Below are positions 1 through 13,270 of a stretch of 64,000 bases of DNA, piece by piece (the first letter of the stretch is position 1; every line of letters starts with the position of its first letter). Origin of the DNA: Lama guanicoe (taxonomy: Eukaryota); the NCBI GenBank assembly GCA_013239625.1, contig MU053304.1, forward strand, positions 434,001-498,000. Reading direction: 5' to 3'. The notes under the pieces were generated by a model. That model was not told the origin of the DNA and did no database searches. It saw nothing but the letters and a program-made list of their open reading frames with translations. The translations under genes were made by a program, and so were the position numbers.

Positions 1-297
1 ATTATTTCACAGGGCTATCACTACTGATTACAGTACTGCATATTATGTTTCAAGGATATTGAAACCAGGATTCTCAGGGATCCATTTATATTTTCTCACC
101 TTGCTCCTACAAATAGGAAAAATACCACAGGGAAAATCATTGTGAAATTATTGGGCAGAGAAAGGTGTTTAAATGTACATGATTTGGAAGTGGTTCTTGA
201 AATGTACTAAAAAAAAAAAAAGGGGATGCTCTGTATAACCAGTGCTAGTGCAGAAGGAGCCTAAAAGGAGGGCTTCAATATTTAAAAATTAATGAAG

Positions 298-425
298 GTG
301 GGAGATAGTGATAGAGTGTATGCCTACCATCCATGAAGTTCTGGGTTCAATCCCCAGTACTTCCATTTAAAAATTTTTAAATAAATAAATAAACCTACCC
401 CCCCCAAAAATAAAAATTTATTAAA
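298..425 (+). mobile_element. tRNA-derived SINE, vic-1-like (camelid), degenerate
   Basis: B-box GGTTCAATCCCCAGTAC followed by an (AAAT)n / C-run / A-rich tail. Confidence 0.7.
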
Positions 426-3077
426 GTTAAGAGTAACAGAAGGAAATGAGTTCAGAAAGTGAACAAGGAGAATTTGAGAAGAGAGAGATCACAAAGGCAG
501 TGTTAAAAGACAACAAGAAAAAAAAAAGAGAAAAAGCCACAACCAAAAACTAGGAAAGCAAAGCAAAGAAAGGCATTCCTATGATGAAAATGCTCAGGAT
601 ACCACTAAATAGAAACTCCCTTTGTTTACTGCTGTTCATTGCAGCTGCTTCCACCCCAGAGGAATGAGAAGGGGAGGCTTTTCTTCATGCCTGTGACCTT
701 GTTATTGAAGCTTTGCCTCCTATTGCTGGAGTTTGCCATAGTAGGCATCAGCATATGTCATTTGTGCTTATTCAGCCATTTTGCCTGAAAATCCTACTTA
801 CCTTGAAATTCCTCAGACTGTAGGTAATGAGCCGCATGCATGCCCATATATAATTTACAGGTACTCTACAAAGTCATGAATTCAACTTAATGCAAAATGG
901 GCTTTTAAATTCTAATATGTTTTTACCTGCAATTTGCCTTACTGACTTAACTGTTCTCCTTAAGGAGAATGGGGGGTTTTTGTTTGTTTGTTTGTTGCTT
1001 TTTGTTTTTTGCTGAGCTCCAGCTCTAAGTTGCCGTTTCCACAGCCTGCTGAACCTTGAATGAGCAGCTCTCCTTGTTTGGCTTCTAGACACTCTTCAGT
1101 GAGCCTTGCTCTCTGGTTGCTCAGTCTGAATGAGAATTCTAATCAACCCCTCTGACTGCTCTCTGATGCTCAGTGTGGTTCAACACATATTAAGAGCTGA
1201 TTATGTGCTAAGCACTGAAAAGAGAAGGATAAATAATGTAGTGCCAATGGAATTTGACTTGCAAACTTGTATGCATGGTACATTCTGATATATGCTGTGA
1301 AGCAGGTATAAACAAGTGTACAGGCGCACTGAGGAGGAATCACAGCTTTGTCTCAGGGTGTATCAGGGACCACAATCAGAGAGGAAGTTGACAATAGCAC
1401 TGGATTTTTAAAGAGAGTATGGGAGGGCGGGTTGCACATTCTAGGCAGAGTAGAGCAGGGGTCTGCTAAACACTGAAGCAGAAGAAATCATCTTTGGGAA
1501 GGACAGCAATTAGGGATGACTGGAGGATAGTCTGTGCCTAGGAGCTAAGAGGTGACTGGAGAATGGAAAGGATGGCAGAGACTAGCCTCAGTATCCTCCT
1601 CCCTCCAACTAGCCTTGCCTTACCCTCTTAACTTCTTCACTCCAGGTTTATAGCAGTTCATTATAGCTGCTGCCCTCCTGGTTACCTGTTGATTTCCTGT
1701 TTTTTATTAAATTGTCCTTTCTACCTGATCTACCTTCCTATCTCACCCTTCTCCATTATCCTTTTAACCTATTATTAACTTACAATCTTTTTTAAAAGAA
1801 TCAGTATTCCCCAAACCTATTTACAAAGCCTGAACTTGATGTGTTCCTCAGAAATGAATGTGTCTGAGGATGGAAGGACTTTTTTAATTGGACACTCACA
1901 TAGGACTAAGGGAGGCCATATCTAGCAAGAACAGAGATCTTGTCTTTCTATCCTCTAGAGCACTGCTTAGACTATCACTGGTAACAAACCAGGCTTTCAC
2001 TTCTAATCCTTTACAGACTGATATTTGTATAAATAAAAATGAATTATTAGAAAAATGACATACAAAATATAAGTCAAAAATTTTGTTATTAGAGTCAACA
2101 TACAGATTACTCTGCTAAATTGCTATTAAAATTTTTAAACACTTACCTTGTCACAGACTAGTAACCCAACACATTCACAAACCAGCACCCATCTGTAGGA
2201 CTGCATTTTGAATAGCACAACTGTTGAATCCCCAATACGACTTGTGCCTGATACGCAGGAGAACCTCAGTGCATGTTTGGGGATTAAGTATGTAAATGAG
2301 AAAGTTAACATGATTATAGTAGTAGGAAGGGGGAAATGACAGTAGCAGCTGTCTTGGAGAGTTGAAGGGAAATGATTGAGAAAGTAAAGAGTACTATAGT
2401 AATGTTACCCTCCATGTAAAACAAACTTTGTCTCATCACTCTCTGATCATTCCTTTGGCTCTCTAGTGAGGTAGATATAGGCTACTAAATCACCTGTGTG
2501 GACTTCTGTGAAATAATAGTTTTGATCTTGCCAAATATATAAAACTTACTCTGCATGTCTGCAGAAAAATGTCAACCTGCTTATCTGAACTAGTTCTCAA
2601 GAGCAAATCTGCAGTTGTAAGGATTGATTTCAAATAGTAACTCCTACTGTTTGACTCAAAGTATTTCTTCACTTTGTAATATGAACCATACTGCCAAATG
2701 TTTTCCCTGCCCGAGATTTTCTTGTTTCCTTTTGTATCTTCTCAGAAAATTAGCTGGATAGGGTAAGAAGTCTTCATATCAAAAACTTTGTAATAAACAA
2801 ACCCTCTGTGTCGATTAAGATAATTTCAGATTGCTTATAACACTGCACATTTTCAGTTCTTAAAAGCAAATTGTAAGGTCTTGAATCCCTTTCAAATAAG
2901 GAATTCATGGTATCATTCAAGGAATAGAAAAGCAGGAGGTATACTTTTTAATATTCAAACATGTAGCAGCATTTGAAGGAGATCATTAATTTGAAACATT
3001 TGGGTTAATTGAATGGAACTTATAACAAGGAAGTTTAATTATCTTAAATAGAATTTTGTTTACATCGTAGGTCACTG

Positions 3078-3394
3078 CAATCAGCCCTCCATACCTGAGG
3101 ATTCCACATTTGGGGAATTCAACCAACTGCAAGTTGAAAATATTCAGGAAAAAAATTCCAGAAAATTCCAAAAAGCAAAACTTGAAATTGCCACACCAGG
3201 AACTATTTATATAACATTTACATTGTATTAGGTAGTATGAATATTCTAGAGGTAACTTAAGGTACACAGGAGGATATGCATAGGTTACATGCAAATACTA
3301 TACCATTTTGTAAATAAGGGTCTTGAGCTCCTGCAGATTATGGTATGGCAGGTAGTCCCAGAACCAGACCCCTGCAGATACTGAGGGACAGCTG
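3078..3394 (-). mobile_element. MER2/MER2B-like TcMar-Tigger non-autonomous DNA transposon
   Basis: Imperfect TIRs CAATCAGCCCTCC...GAGGGACAGCTG followed by TA; internal sequence matches recalled MER2B. Confidence 0.8.
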
Positions 3395-4664
3395 TACAGC
3401 ATCAATAAATTGATGCATAGTCCTTATTCTCTACTAACTACATCCCAAGAGAACAGAGTTAAGAGGGGCAAGAGGACCACTTTTGTGGTAAATTTGGGAG
3501 TCTGCCTGCCTTTCTCATCCTCTAATCAGTTTCCTCAGCTCTTCTAGCTCTGGAGACCTGTCCTCACAAAGATGCTTAGGACCCTGCAGCTGCCTGAAGC
3601 CACTTTCTTTCCAAGAGTATGTAGAGTGGACAGGCCTCTGCCTGAATGCTAGCTATGTTTACTAGCTGTGAGTTCCTGAGAAAGGTATTTAACTTAATGA
3701 ACACTACTGTTTCATGTGGGTGTCATTATTAAATGAGATAAGACTGAAAAATAGAGAGGGGCTCTTAGGGCAGCACTTGGCATGTGTATTAAACATCGAT
3801 GCTCAGGTATATTAGTTCTTTTACTCTGCCTCTTTCTTTAAGGATTAGCTTTAAGCAATTAATGTAGCATATAAGGCTGATGATATTGTTCCAGATAAAG
3901 CTGGAAATAATGTTGACCTTTTCCCTGACCTTATATGTCTGCAGTTATCAAGTTAAACAAGACTGCTAGGAAGCTAGCTCTGAGAAATAGAAAAGAGTTA
4001 GGACTTCCTTTATTTGTCTGCATTGGTAATGAATCATAGATTAAGAATTATTGACCCTTATAGCCATTGTTAGGCTAATACAATCAGTGGGGTTTCCCTT
4101 AGCCTTTGGAAATTTTACAGAAACTCAGGAGAGAGACAAGAACCTCAAATCTGAGACTGATTTCTATCTCCCCCAGTCCAGCAACACCCCTTACCATTTG
4201 AATGTGGGGGAAACCAACCCCTCAGCTAGTACTAGATCTGTTACCTGGACATTGTTGTGGTTTTATTGATTTTTAGATAGAGTGATTCAGTAATTTCTGG
4301 GAAGTTTGCCTAAGCTAAAAGAAAAAATAGTGTCTCTAGTCACACAGCACGTCCTCTTTGTAAATATGTCTTCTACCCATCAAGGATGTATAAGAGATCA
4401 AGAATCTGGACCCCCCATCAGTGAGTGAGTTCTAACCTGTTGAGTACACTAGCAGCATAATCTGAGCTGGCATTCCACAATACCAAAAGGCATCCTGTAG
4501 TCTGCAGTGTTTGAGGTGACTTTCTAGCTTCATGTCCTGGAAGAACTGCTTGTCGTGTACCATAAGCTTAGGGATCATGACTTACTTATCTTCTGTCCCC
4601 CCCCCCCCCCCATCTCTCCCTGGTACAGACTGGGTATGCAGAAGGCCTGTTTGTGTCATATAAA

Positions 4665-4880
4665 TATTAAGAACATGGATGTTGAAATCAGGCACTCAAA
4701 AACCAACTTTAGGACTTACTAGTTTGTAACCTTTGAACATGTAGTTGCCATCCCTAAATCTCAGATTCCTTTCCATATAAGGGCTATAATAATAATGCCT
4801 ATATCACATGGTTGTGAGGATTAATTTAGATGTGAATAAAGTACTTGGCCAATATCTGACACTCAGTACATGTTAATCAT
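4665..4880 (+). mobile_element. MIR SINE
   Basis: MIR core: CTTACTAGTTTGTAACCTTTG...CTCAGATTCC...ATAATAATAATGCCTATATCACATGGTTGTGAGGATTAA. Confidence 0.7.
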
Positions 4881-6131
4881 CATTATACAGTAAATAAGTG
4901 CCGAATATAAAGATTAGTGGTACTAGTCTGCCAAAGATTCTTACACCTAGGAGATATGTAATGTGAATCATCTGACATAAAATTATTTCCATTTCTTGGT
5001 AAAGTCTTCCCGTTTAGTTTATCCTGTTCGTTTAAACAGAAATTTACTTAGATATGGCCTATTGGATAAGGAGTGTCTGATAAAGTATACCTGCTGATTC
5101 ATATAATTGCTCCAAATAATCTTAAATGAAACTTTTCCTATTTTATTGTTTTTGGAAATTATCTTGGAGGAGGAACAGTCTGATGGTGGCTTATGAATAT
5201 TTTTATATTAAATACTTCGTCATTCTAAAAAATATGCTAAACATTTCTAATTTCCATGAGAAAACCCTCAGGAAAAAAACATCCCCTCCCCTTTTTTTGG
5301 TTATATCTCTAGTGAAGTTTAGGAATTCAAAGAAGAATATTGCCAGGAAGCTGCAAAGAGACCCCATGTTTGAGCTTCTTGGTGTTGTTTCTGCACACAA
5401 AGAAGCATTTGGGCAAATAATCCATTGTTTGTTGTCGGTTCCTAAAGCACTGCCAGGGGAGACTTAATACTCCTGGGGTCTCTTCTTATGTCCCAGGAGG
5501 AAGTGGATGGAAGATGGTTATTAATCTGCACCAACTTCAGTTTATTAGCTGTACTGGTTCCCAAACATGTTTTTGGCAGAGAAATATTCTGCAGGTTCCC
5601 TTATACAGTTTCTCTATCCATTGCCAGCACTGCAGCCAAAGATTTTATTTTTTCCATAACAATTTTTTAGATATTTGATTTTTTTCTCACACTGCGCATC
5701 TTTCTTCCATGCTGTCTTCCCCTCCTTTGTGCACACAAGCTATGTAAGTTCAAATGACAATTTTCCCCTGAAAAAATGTAGTTATTCCAAACTTTCTTTC
5801 AGTTCCCTAAAATTTTATTTCCTAAAAACACCTTTTAACTCCCAGTATCAATTCTCTGTTCATCCGCTGTAGACTACCTCTCCCCCTCTGGTGGCATAGA
5901 ATATGGGCTTCAGTGACTATAATTTTTTCCTTCCATTCTGTGAAAGAGTATTCTTCCCAGAACCCTACAGCTACTCAGTCCCTGGGCCAGTACATTATCT
6001 TAGGTCCTACCCCAGACCTACTGAACCAGAATCTATATTTTGACAAAATCCCTACATGGTTTGTATGCACATGGAAGTTTAAGAAAGCACTGCTGTAAAT
6101 CCTGTTTTGCTCAAAGAGGGAAAAACGAAGT

Positions 6132-6308
6132 AGTGGTTCTCAACCTGACTGTTCAGTGGAATCACCTGGGAAACTTTGAAAACTACTGATGTTTCAATTC
6201 ATCTCCAGAGATTCAGATTTAATTGGTCTGGGGGGTGGTCCAGACATTGGGAATTTTAGACATTCCTCAGGTGATTCTGATAAGCATTAGCTAAGGTTGA
6301 GAACCACT
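6132..6308. mobile_element. MER5-family hAT-Charlie MITE
   Basis: Perfect 15-bp TIRs AGTGGTTCTCAACCT / AGGTTGAGAACCACT; internal GAATCACCTGGG. A second MER5 fragment lies at ~5990-6095. Confidence 0.85.
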
Positions 6309-6421
6309 CTTATTCATGAATCTTATAATTTGCCGTAGTTTCTTGGAATATCATATGTAAATCAATGCAAGACTAATAACTAAAAAAGCCTGATTTTTAC
6401 AATTATATTTATTGGGAGGGG

Positions 6422-6476
6422 ATATATATATATACACCAATATATATATTGGTGTGTGTGTGTATATGTATATATA

Positions 6477-6512
<36 letters not shown>
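6422..6512. repeat. Compound (TA)n/(TG)n microsatellite
   Basis: Alternating TA and TG dinucleotide runs, read directly. Confidence 0.95.
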
Positions 6513-8959
6513 GGTGTAGACAGCAAAATATTAAATGGGAATCTCTAATTTATAGGATTACAGCTGTTCTTTTTTGAACTCTATTTTCCAAACTTTCTAT
6601 AATAGCCATGAATTCTTTTGGTAAAAAAAAAATCCTCATATGTATATGTATGCTTTTTAATAAATATGATCACATTATATGTGTTTTGTAAACTTTATCC
6701 TTTTTCACGCATCAGTATATTACAAACATTTTCTCAGACTGTTAAATATTTGCATTGACTTTTATATTGTTTAAGGTGAATCCTGACCCAGAATTACTGG
6801 ATTTTTACTGTAAAAAGTACATTTACATACTGACTGGAGTCTTTGAGAGACTGACCGTTTAACTCTTGGAAACCTTTAGTGTTTGGAAGCTTTCCCTGTC
6901 CACAGAAGGGAAGATGTTTAAAAGGAGATGTCTAAACTGCAGTGAGGTCAGATCAGACCTTCCAAGAGCCTTTTGCAACTCATCTATTGAGTACCAGCAT
7001 TTTTTTGAGCTCTTAAACTTAAACATAGAACCTGACTTTACCATCCCAGAAGATGCTGCACCCCAGGGAATCTCTAATGGTATTTGGATTGCAACCTATG
7101 TGTCCTGTTGAAGGGAATTATATTTGCAAGCTTCCTCTTCAAATCCTGTATGGTTTAGTTGGAATTGTGCTTCAAAACTAGTATCTCTTACAGTTTGAGT
7201 TTCCTCTGCATTAATATGTACATTATCATATGGAAAGCCGAAAAATGCCTAGAGAAACATCTTGAAAACATCAACGGTGTGTAGTTGGCCAAGCTAAAGT
7301 CAAATACCTCCTTTTTCCCTGAACTTGAGAATAAATATAAGTCCCAGTCCTCCTACTTCAAAAAAGTGATCTACCTTTTCTTCTTGATTGTTCTATTCTT
7401 GCCCTAGTCCAGTTGCATTGCATGGAAAAGGAAAAATTTTGCTAATGTTCTCTTTACAATCAGAAGAAAGGAGATAGTTTTGCAGTTGGGGAACCTTTTA
7501 AACAGATGTACAGCAGCTGATGCTGCAGGAGAGAAGTTCTGCTTGCCATCTTTTTACTTCATTTAACCTTTTCTCTGCCAGAATCTATACATAAAAGGTT
7601 CATAAATGTGCAGGTTTTAATTTCAGAGAAATAGGCTTAATATTTTATTCACAGAGTTGTAGTTCTTACAGAGCTTTTTAAACTTTGTATTTCTGCTGAG
7701 GGGAAAGATTCCAAAACACTTCACAACCTAAAAACTTCAGGAGCTATACCTACTGACTCAAGTCATGATGGGATGTGTTCCTCTGAGCAGTGTTTCATCT
7801 GTGTTTGTGTCTTAACCTGAGATGATGGTGCTATCGTCCTTGGCTATCTCACCTGCATATGCAAATCAGGAAGAGAGGAGATACCAGGGTATGGCACAGT
7901 ACTGAAAGGTGATGCAGGTTAGTGAGTGGATATTCAGCTTTGGAGGCTTGTTTTAGACACTGATACTTATCTTATCTCACAAGACCTGACCACAAACAAG
8001 CCAAAGATGGTACTTTGTACAAGCCTCCATTATAGATAGTCCTTCTCATATTGCAGTGTGATTATTCATTTACCTGGTGGTTTTCCCTACTTGGAGGGGA
8101 ACTCCAGAGAACATGTATAAGGATCATGTCTTATTAATCATAGTATATCCTAGCTCAGCCTAAACTCATAAATGTTCAGTAAATGTTCGGTAAATGAAAT
8201 ATTCAGTTCAGCCATATAATAATCTAAAACCCTTTGGTCATATTGAAATCTAGGTTAACTTGATTTTTTTATTTTTCTTTTCTTTTTCTTTTTTACCAAT
8301 TACAAGTTGACCACTACTTAACACTACTATGTGTTTAACAACTGGAAACTAGATGATTATCTGGACATTCTGGACAGAAAATAAAGGGAAAGTATTTAGA
8401 GAACCTTCTATCTAAATTACATCAAAATTTTGGGATTAGATTTTTAGACCACATTTATTTATGTTCAGAATGAAACTATTTTGAAGGCTGTATATATACT
8501 ACACTAACTGTCATTATAATGCATTTACTCTTACGTAAGATATGAAAATACAAATTAAGGAAAGAATGTTTCCTTGGCCACTGATGTTAATATATTAGAT
8601 AAATTAAATGCATGATACACATGTTTGATTTTTGGATGCTTAGCAAAGTTATTGCCCAAAAGCATTATTTGGACTTCTTAACCATTAGTCAGAAACTATC
8701 TTGTGGTAGTCAGCTTGGAATTTGTTTATCCTGAGTAACTGGTTTTTGGTTTTTAAAAAATGAGATATATGATCTAGCTTAGTATAGAATATATGTTATA
8801 CTGTATATTAAACTAGTTTCAGTATGTGCCAAATTGCTATTTAAAATTAGTCCCAAACACTATATGTAAGAGAAAATTCAACAAGAAAAAAAATTACATT
8901 TACTAAAGGAATATTCAATACAAAAGAGCAATTTCTTTATAAACTTAGAAGGTGGCTTA

Positions 8960-9140
8960 GTAGAGTGAGACCTGGGTTCTAATCTGTCTGTACCTCTCAC
9001 CATCTGTGGGGCTTTAAATGAGTCTGTTAATGTCTCTGAGGCTGTTTCTTCTTCTTTAAAATGGAGATAATACCTGCTTCAAGAGGAACAACTGAGACAA
9101 TACATGTAAATGTGATTTATAAACTTTAAGGTACTATGCA
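8960..9140 (+). mobile_element. MIR SINE
   Basis: GACCTGGGTTCTAATC...TCTCTGAGGCTGTTTCTTCTTCTTTAAAATGGAGATAATACCTGC. Confidence 0.7.
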
Positions 9141-9635
9141 AATGAATGATTGATTTCACTGATGGCCTTAGTAGATTTGATGGCCAAATTCTCTATCTTT
9201 TTATTAAGGCAATGATTTAGAAAACAGGGTAGAAGATGTATTTGGCATGAGAAATTGCTGCTATTAAGCTTTTCATATATCTAGAGTCCATGTGCAGAAC
9301 AAAGCTTTTTTGTCACTTATTAAGTAAAACTGAAAAAAAAAAAAGAACCCAAAGTAGAACAGGTTGTGTTAGACTCTCCCTCTTGTGTTTTTTAGTTTTT
9401 TTCTAGTTTTATTGAGCTAGAATTGACATGTAATGTGTTTTTGTTAATTTTTTAGAATAGATCCAGACCAAGAATATTTTAACTTTGTGCTAGATCCTTT
9501 CTATTCCTACAGACTCCTTTTTCACATACTTACGAACTATCTCTCTGATTCTTTTCTGGGTTTTGGCTTTTGAAACATTTTATGACCTTTTCATTAATTT
9601 TGAAGACTTTTTCTTCATATCTCTATAATTCTTTT

Positions 9636-11264
9636 TAAAATGCATATTTAACAGCTCTATTGAGATACCATTCACCATACCATACAATTCACCCATTTAA
9701 AATGTACAATTCTGTAGTTTTTAGTGTATTCACAGTGTTGTGCAGCCATGAACACAGTCACTTTTGGAACATTTTTATCACCAGAAACTCTATACCCATT
9801 GGCAGTCATTCTGCATTTCCTCTACCATCCCATCCCAGCCCTAGGAAACCATTAATCTACGTTCTGTCTCTACAGATTTGACTATTCTGGATATTTCACA
9901 TAAATGGAATCAAAGAATATGTGGTCTTTTGTGACTAGCTTCTTTCACTTAAGATAATGTTTTCAAAGTTCATTCATATTGTAGCATGATCAGTACCTAA
10001 TTCCTTTTTAATTCCAAATAATAGTCCATTTTGCGGATATACCACATTTTATTTATGCATTCATCAGTTGATGAACATTTGGGTTGTCTTCACTTTTTTT
10101 GTCTATTATGAATAATGCTGCTATGAACATTCATGTACAAGTTTTTGTATGAACATATGTTTTCATTTCTCTTGGGCATATACCTAGGAATAGAATAGCT
10201 GGGCCATATGGTAACTCTATATTCAACCTTCTGAGGAACTGCCAGACTCTTCTAAAGTGGCTGCACTATTTTACATTTCTACCAGCAGTGTATGAGGGTT
10301 CCAGTTTCTCTACATCCTCATCAACACAGGTCTTTCTGGTAATACTCATCCCAGAGGGTGTAAAGTAGTATCTTGTGGTTTTAATTTGCATTTCCCTGAT
10401 GATTAATGATGTTGAACATCTTTTCATGTGTTTTGGCTATTTGTATATCTTTTTTGGAGAATTGTCTATTCAGATTCTTGCCCATTTTTTAATTGAGTTG
10501 TTTGTCTTACTATTGAGTTGTAAGGGTTCTTTATATATTCTGGATACAATTCCTTTATCAGATCTATGATTTGCAAATATTATTCACTTTCTTAATGGTG
10601 TACTTTGAAGCATAAGTTTTTAACTTTGATGAAGTTCGATTTATTTTTTCTTTATTATTTGTGTTTTTCTTGTCTGTCATATCTAAGAAGGCTTTACCTA
10701 GCTCAAGGTCACAAAGAGTTACTCCTATATTTTTTTCTAAGAGTTTTATAATTTTAGCTCTTCCATTTGGATCTGTGATCCACTTTGAAATAATTTTTAT
10801 GTACGGTGTGAAGGTTGAGAGTCCAATTTTTTTTTTTTTTTTTGCATGTTGATATCCCATTGTCCCAGCACCATCAGTTGAAAAGACTATTCTTTCTCCC
10901 ATTGAATTGTCTTGGTACCCTTGTCAAAAATCAGTTGACCATAAATATGAGGTTTATTTATGGGCTCTCAATTCTATTCCAGTGATCTATATGTCTATCC
11001 TTATGCCAGTACCACACCATCTTGTTTACTGTAGCCTTGTAGCAAGTTTTGAAATCAGGAAGTGTGAGTCCAACTTTGTTCTCTTTCTCAAGATTGTTTG
11101 CCTACTCTGAGTCCCTTGATTTCCGTATGAATTGTAGAATCAGTTTGTCAATTTCTGCACACACACAAAAAAAGACATCTGGGATTTTGTTAATGATTAA
11201 GTTGAATTTGTGGATCAATTTGGGAAATATTGCCATCTTAACAATATTAATTTGTCCAATCCTC
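9636..11264 (-). mobile_element. 5'-truncated LINE-1 (L1MB-like 3' end plus ORF2 C-terminal remnant)
   Basis: Typical L1MB 3'UTR; - strand ORF2-like peptides (RINIVKMAIFPKLIHKFN-like, TPYIKIISKWITD); TSD ATAATTCTTTT at 9625-9635 and 11265-11275. Confidence 0.9.
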
Positions 11265-12336
11265 ATAATTCTTTTGACATGTAGGAGAGAATAACAAAAA
11301 GCGCCATAAAGAAAAAAAAAACCTCCTTCCACAAGTAAAGAGCCTCTGGGCAGAATTTGACAAGCAGATGAACACAGGGAGAACCCTTGGAACCCTTGTT
11401 AGCTGTCCATCAATCCCAGTCTCCCAACTCAGGGAGTTACGTGGAGCCTTAGAGAATCCACTCCCAGGGTTTCCAGAGGCCGAAGCTGGGTTGGTCCCCT
11501 ACTGATAGGAATGTATATTCTGCTCCTTCTGACCACTTAAGTATCCTGGACAGTAGAGCAGAGGAGGTATGTTTATTTCCTAAGTAGAGGAACGTGTTGT
11601 TTTTTGTATCCTTTAAGGCCATTTAACTTTCCTGGACATGAGAAGTTTATTTTTTGTTGTTGTCTTTTTGTTCTGTGGCTGTTGGTTTCTTTTGTTTGGC
11701 TATTTTGGAGAAGTTCTTTAAACTTTGTCAAAAGTTTGAGAGCTAGCAAGATAAAATTTATAGGTTTCACTCAGAAGTCATGCTTTTTACCAGTTTGGAA
11801 ACTATAAGTTCCTCAAGAGGCCTAATGTGTGATGATTCCACTGGAAATCAGTTTGTAAGCATAATCACAGTATCAGTTAATATAATGGTTTGCTTTTGTG
11901 TTCCTTCAATTCTTACAAAAAAAATCTAGTTGTATATACTTGCATTTTCATGTAATAGATCAGAGTAAAGAATAAATAGTAGTGGGGTCTGTCCTTTCCT
12001 TGCCTTTAGGGTTTTGTCTTTCTGACTCCTAAGGCTCACACTCTTATTTGTTTCTCATTTTTCAGTTTTATTAGGTAAAATTGTTATAATTTGACTACAC
12101 ATATACAATATATTGCATGTAAATACATATATACAATATACTGCACTTTTTCTTAGTTTACACATATGTACTGTTCATTGTTTCTAAGAACAGTTTAGAG
12201 CTTTAGCTTTTTAAACTTACATAGTTATCAAAGGAATAAGGCCAACCACAAAATAAGAATCAACAGAATGCAGTAACCCAATCATAAAGGACAGTCAAAT
12301 GTGCTTACACACATTCAAGAAATCAGTCATCTAAGT

Positions 12337-13270
12337 TGTAAATAATAAATAGTTCACTTGTGTCCCTTTTTTTTTAGATGAGTGATCTCATATGGTATTT
12401 TTCTTTATCTTTCTGACCCACTTCACTTAGAATGACAATCTCCAGGTCCATCCATGTTGCTGCAAGGGTATTATTTTATTTTATTTTTTATGGCTGAGTA
12501 GCATTCCATTATATATATATACACCACATCTTCTTTATCCAGTCATCTGTTGATGGACATTTGGGTTGTTTCCATGTCTTGGCTATTGTAAATAATGCTG
12601 CTATGAAAATTGGGGTACATGTGTCTTTTTGAATTATATTTTTCTCCAGGTATATGCCCAGGAGTGGGATTGCTGGGTCACATGGTAAGTCTATTTTTAA
12701 TTTTTTAAGGAACCTCCATAGTGGCTGCACCAGTCTACACTCCCACCAACAGTATAGGAGTGTTCCCTTTACTCCACACCCTCTCTAGCATTTATCCTTT
12801 GTAGACTTTTTAATGATGGCCATTCTGGCTGATGTGAGGTGATATCTCATTATAGTTTTGATCTGAATTTCTCTGACAATTAGCAATACAGAGCATTTTT
12901 TCATGTGCCTATTAGCCATTTGTATGTCTTCATTGGAGAATTGCTTGTTTAGGTCTCCTGCCCATTTTTGGATTGGGTTGCTTGTTTTTTGTTTGTTTGG
13001 TTTTTTTTTTGATATTAAGCTGTATGAGCTGTTTGTATATTTTGGAAATTAGTCCCTTTTCAGTCACATATTTTGCAAATATTTTCTCCCATTCTGTAGG
13101 TTGTCTTTTCATTTTGTTGATGGTATCCTTAGCTGTGCAAAAGCTTTTAAGTTTAATTAGATCCCATTTGTTTATTTTTGCTTTTATTTCTATTACTCCA
13201 GGAGCTGGGTCAAAAAATATACTGTTGTGATTTATGTCTGAGAGTGTTCTGCCTATGTTTTCCTCTAAGA
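12337..13270 (-). mobile_element. Younger LINE-1 fragment (ORF2 C-terminus plus start of 3'UTR)
   Basis: Peptides [15 protein letters not shown]... and [26 protein letters not shown]...WKQPKCPSTDDWIKKMW are L1 ORF2. Confidence 0.92.
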
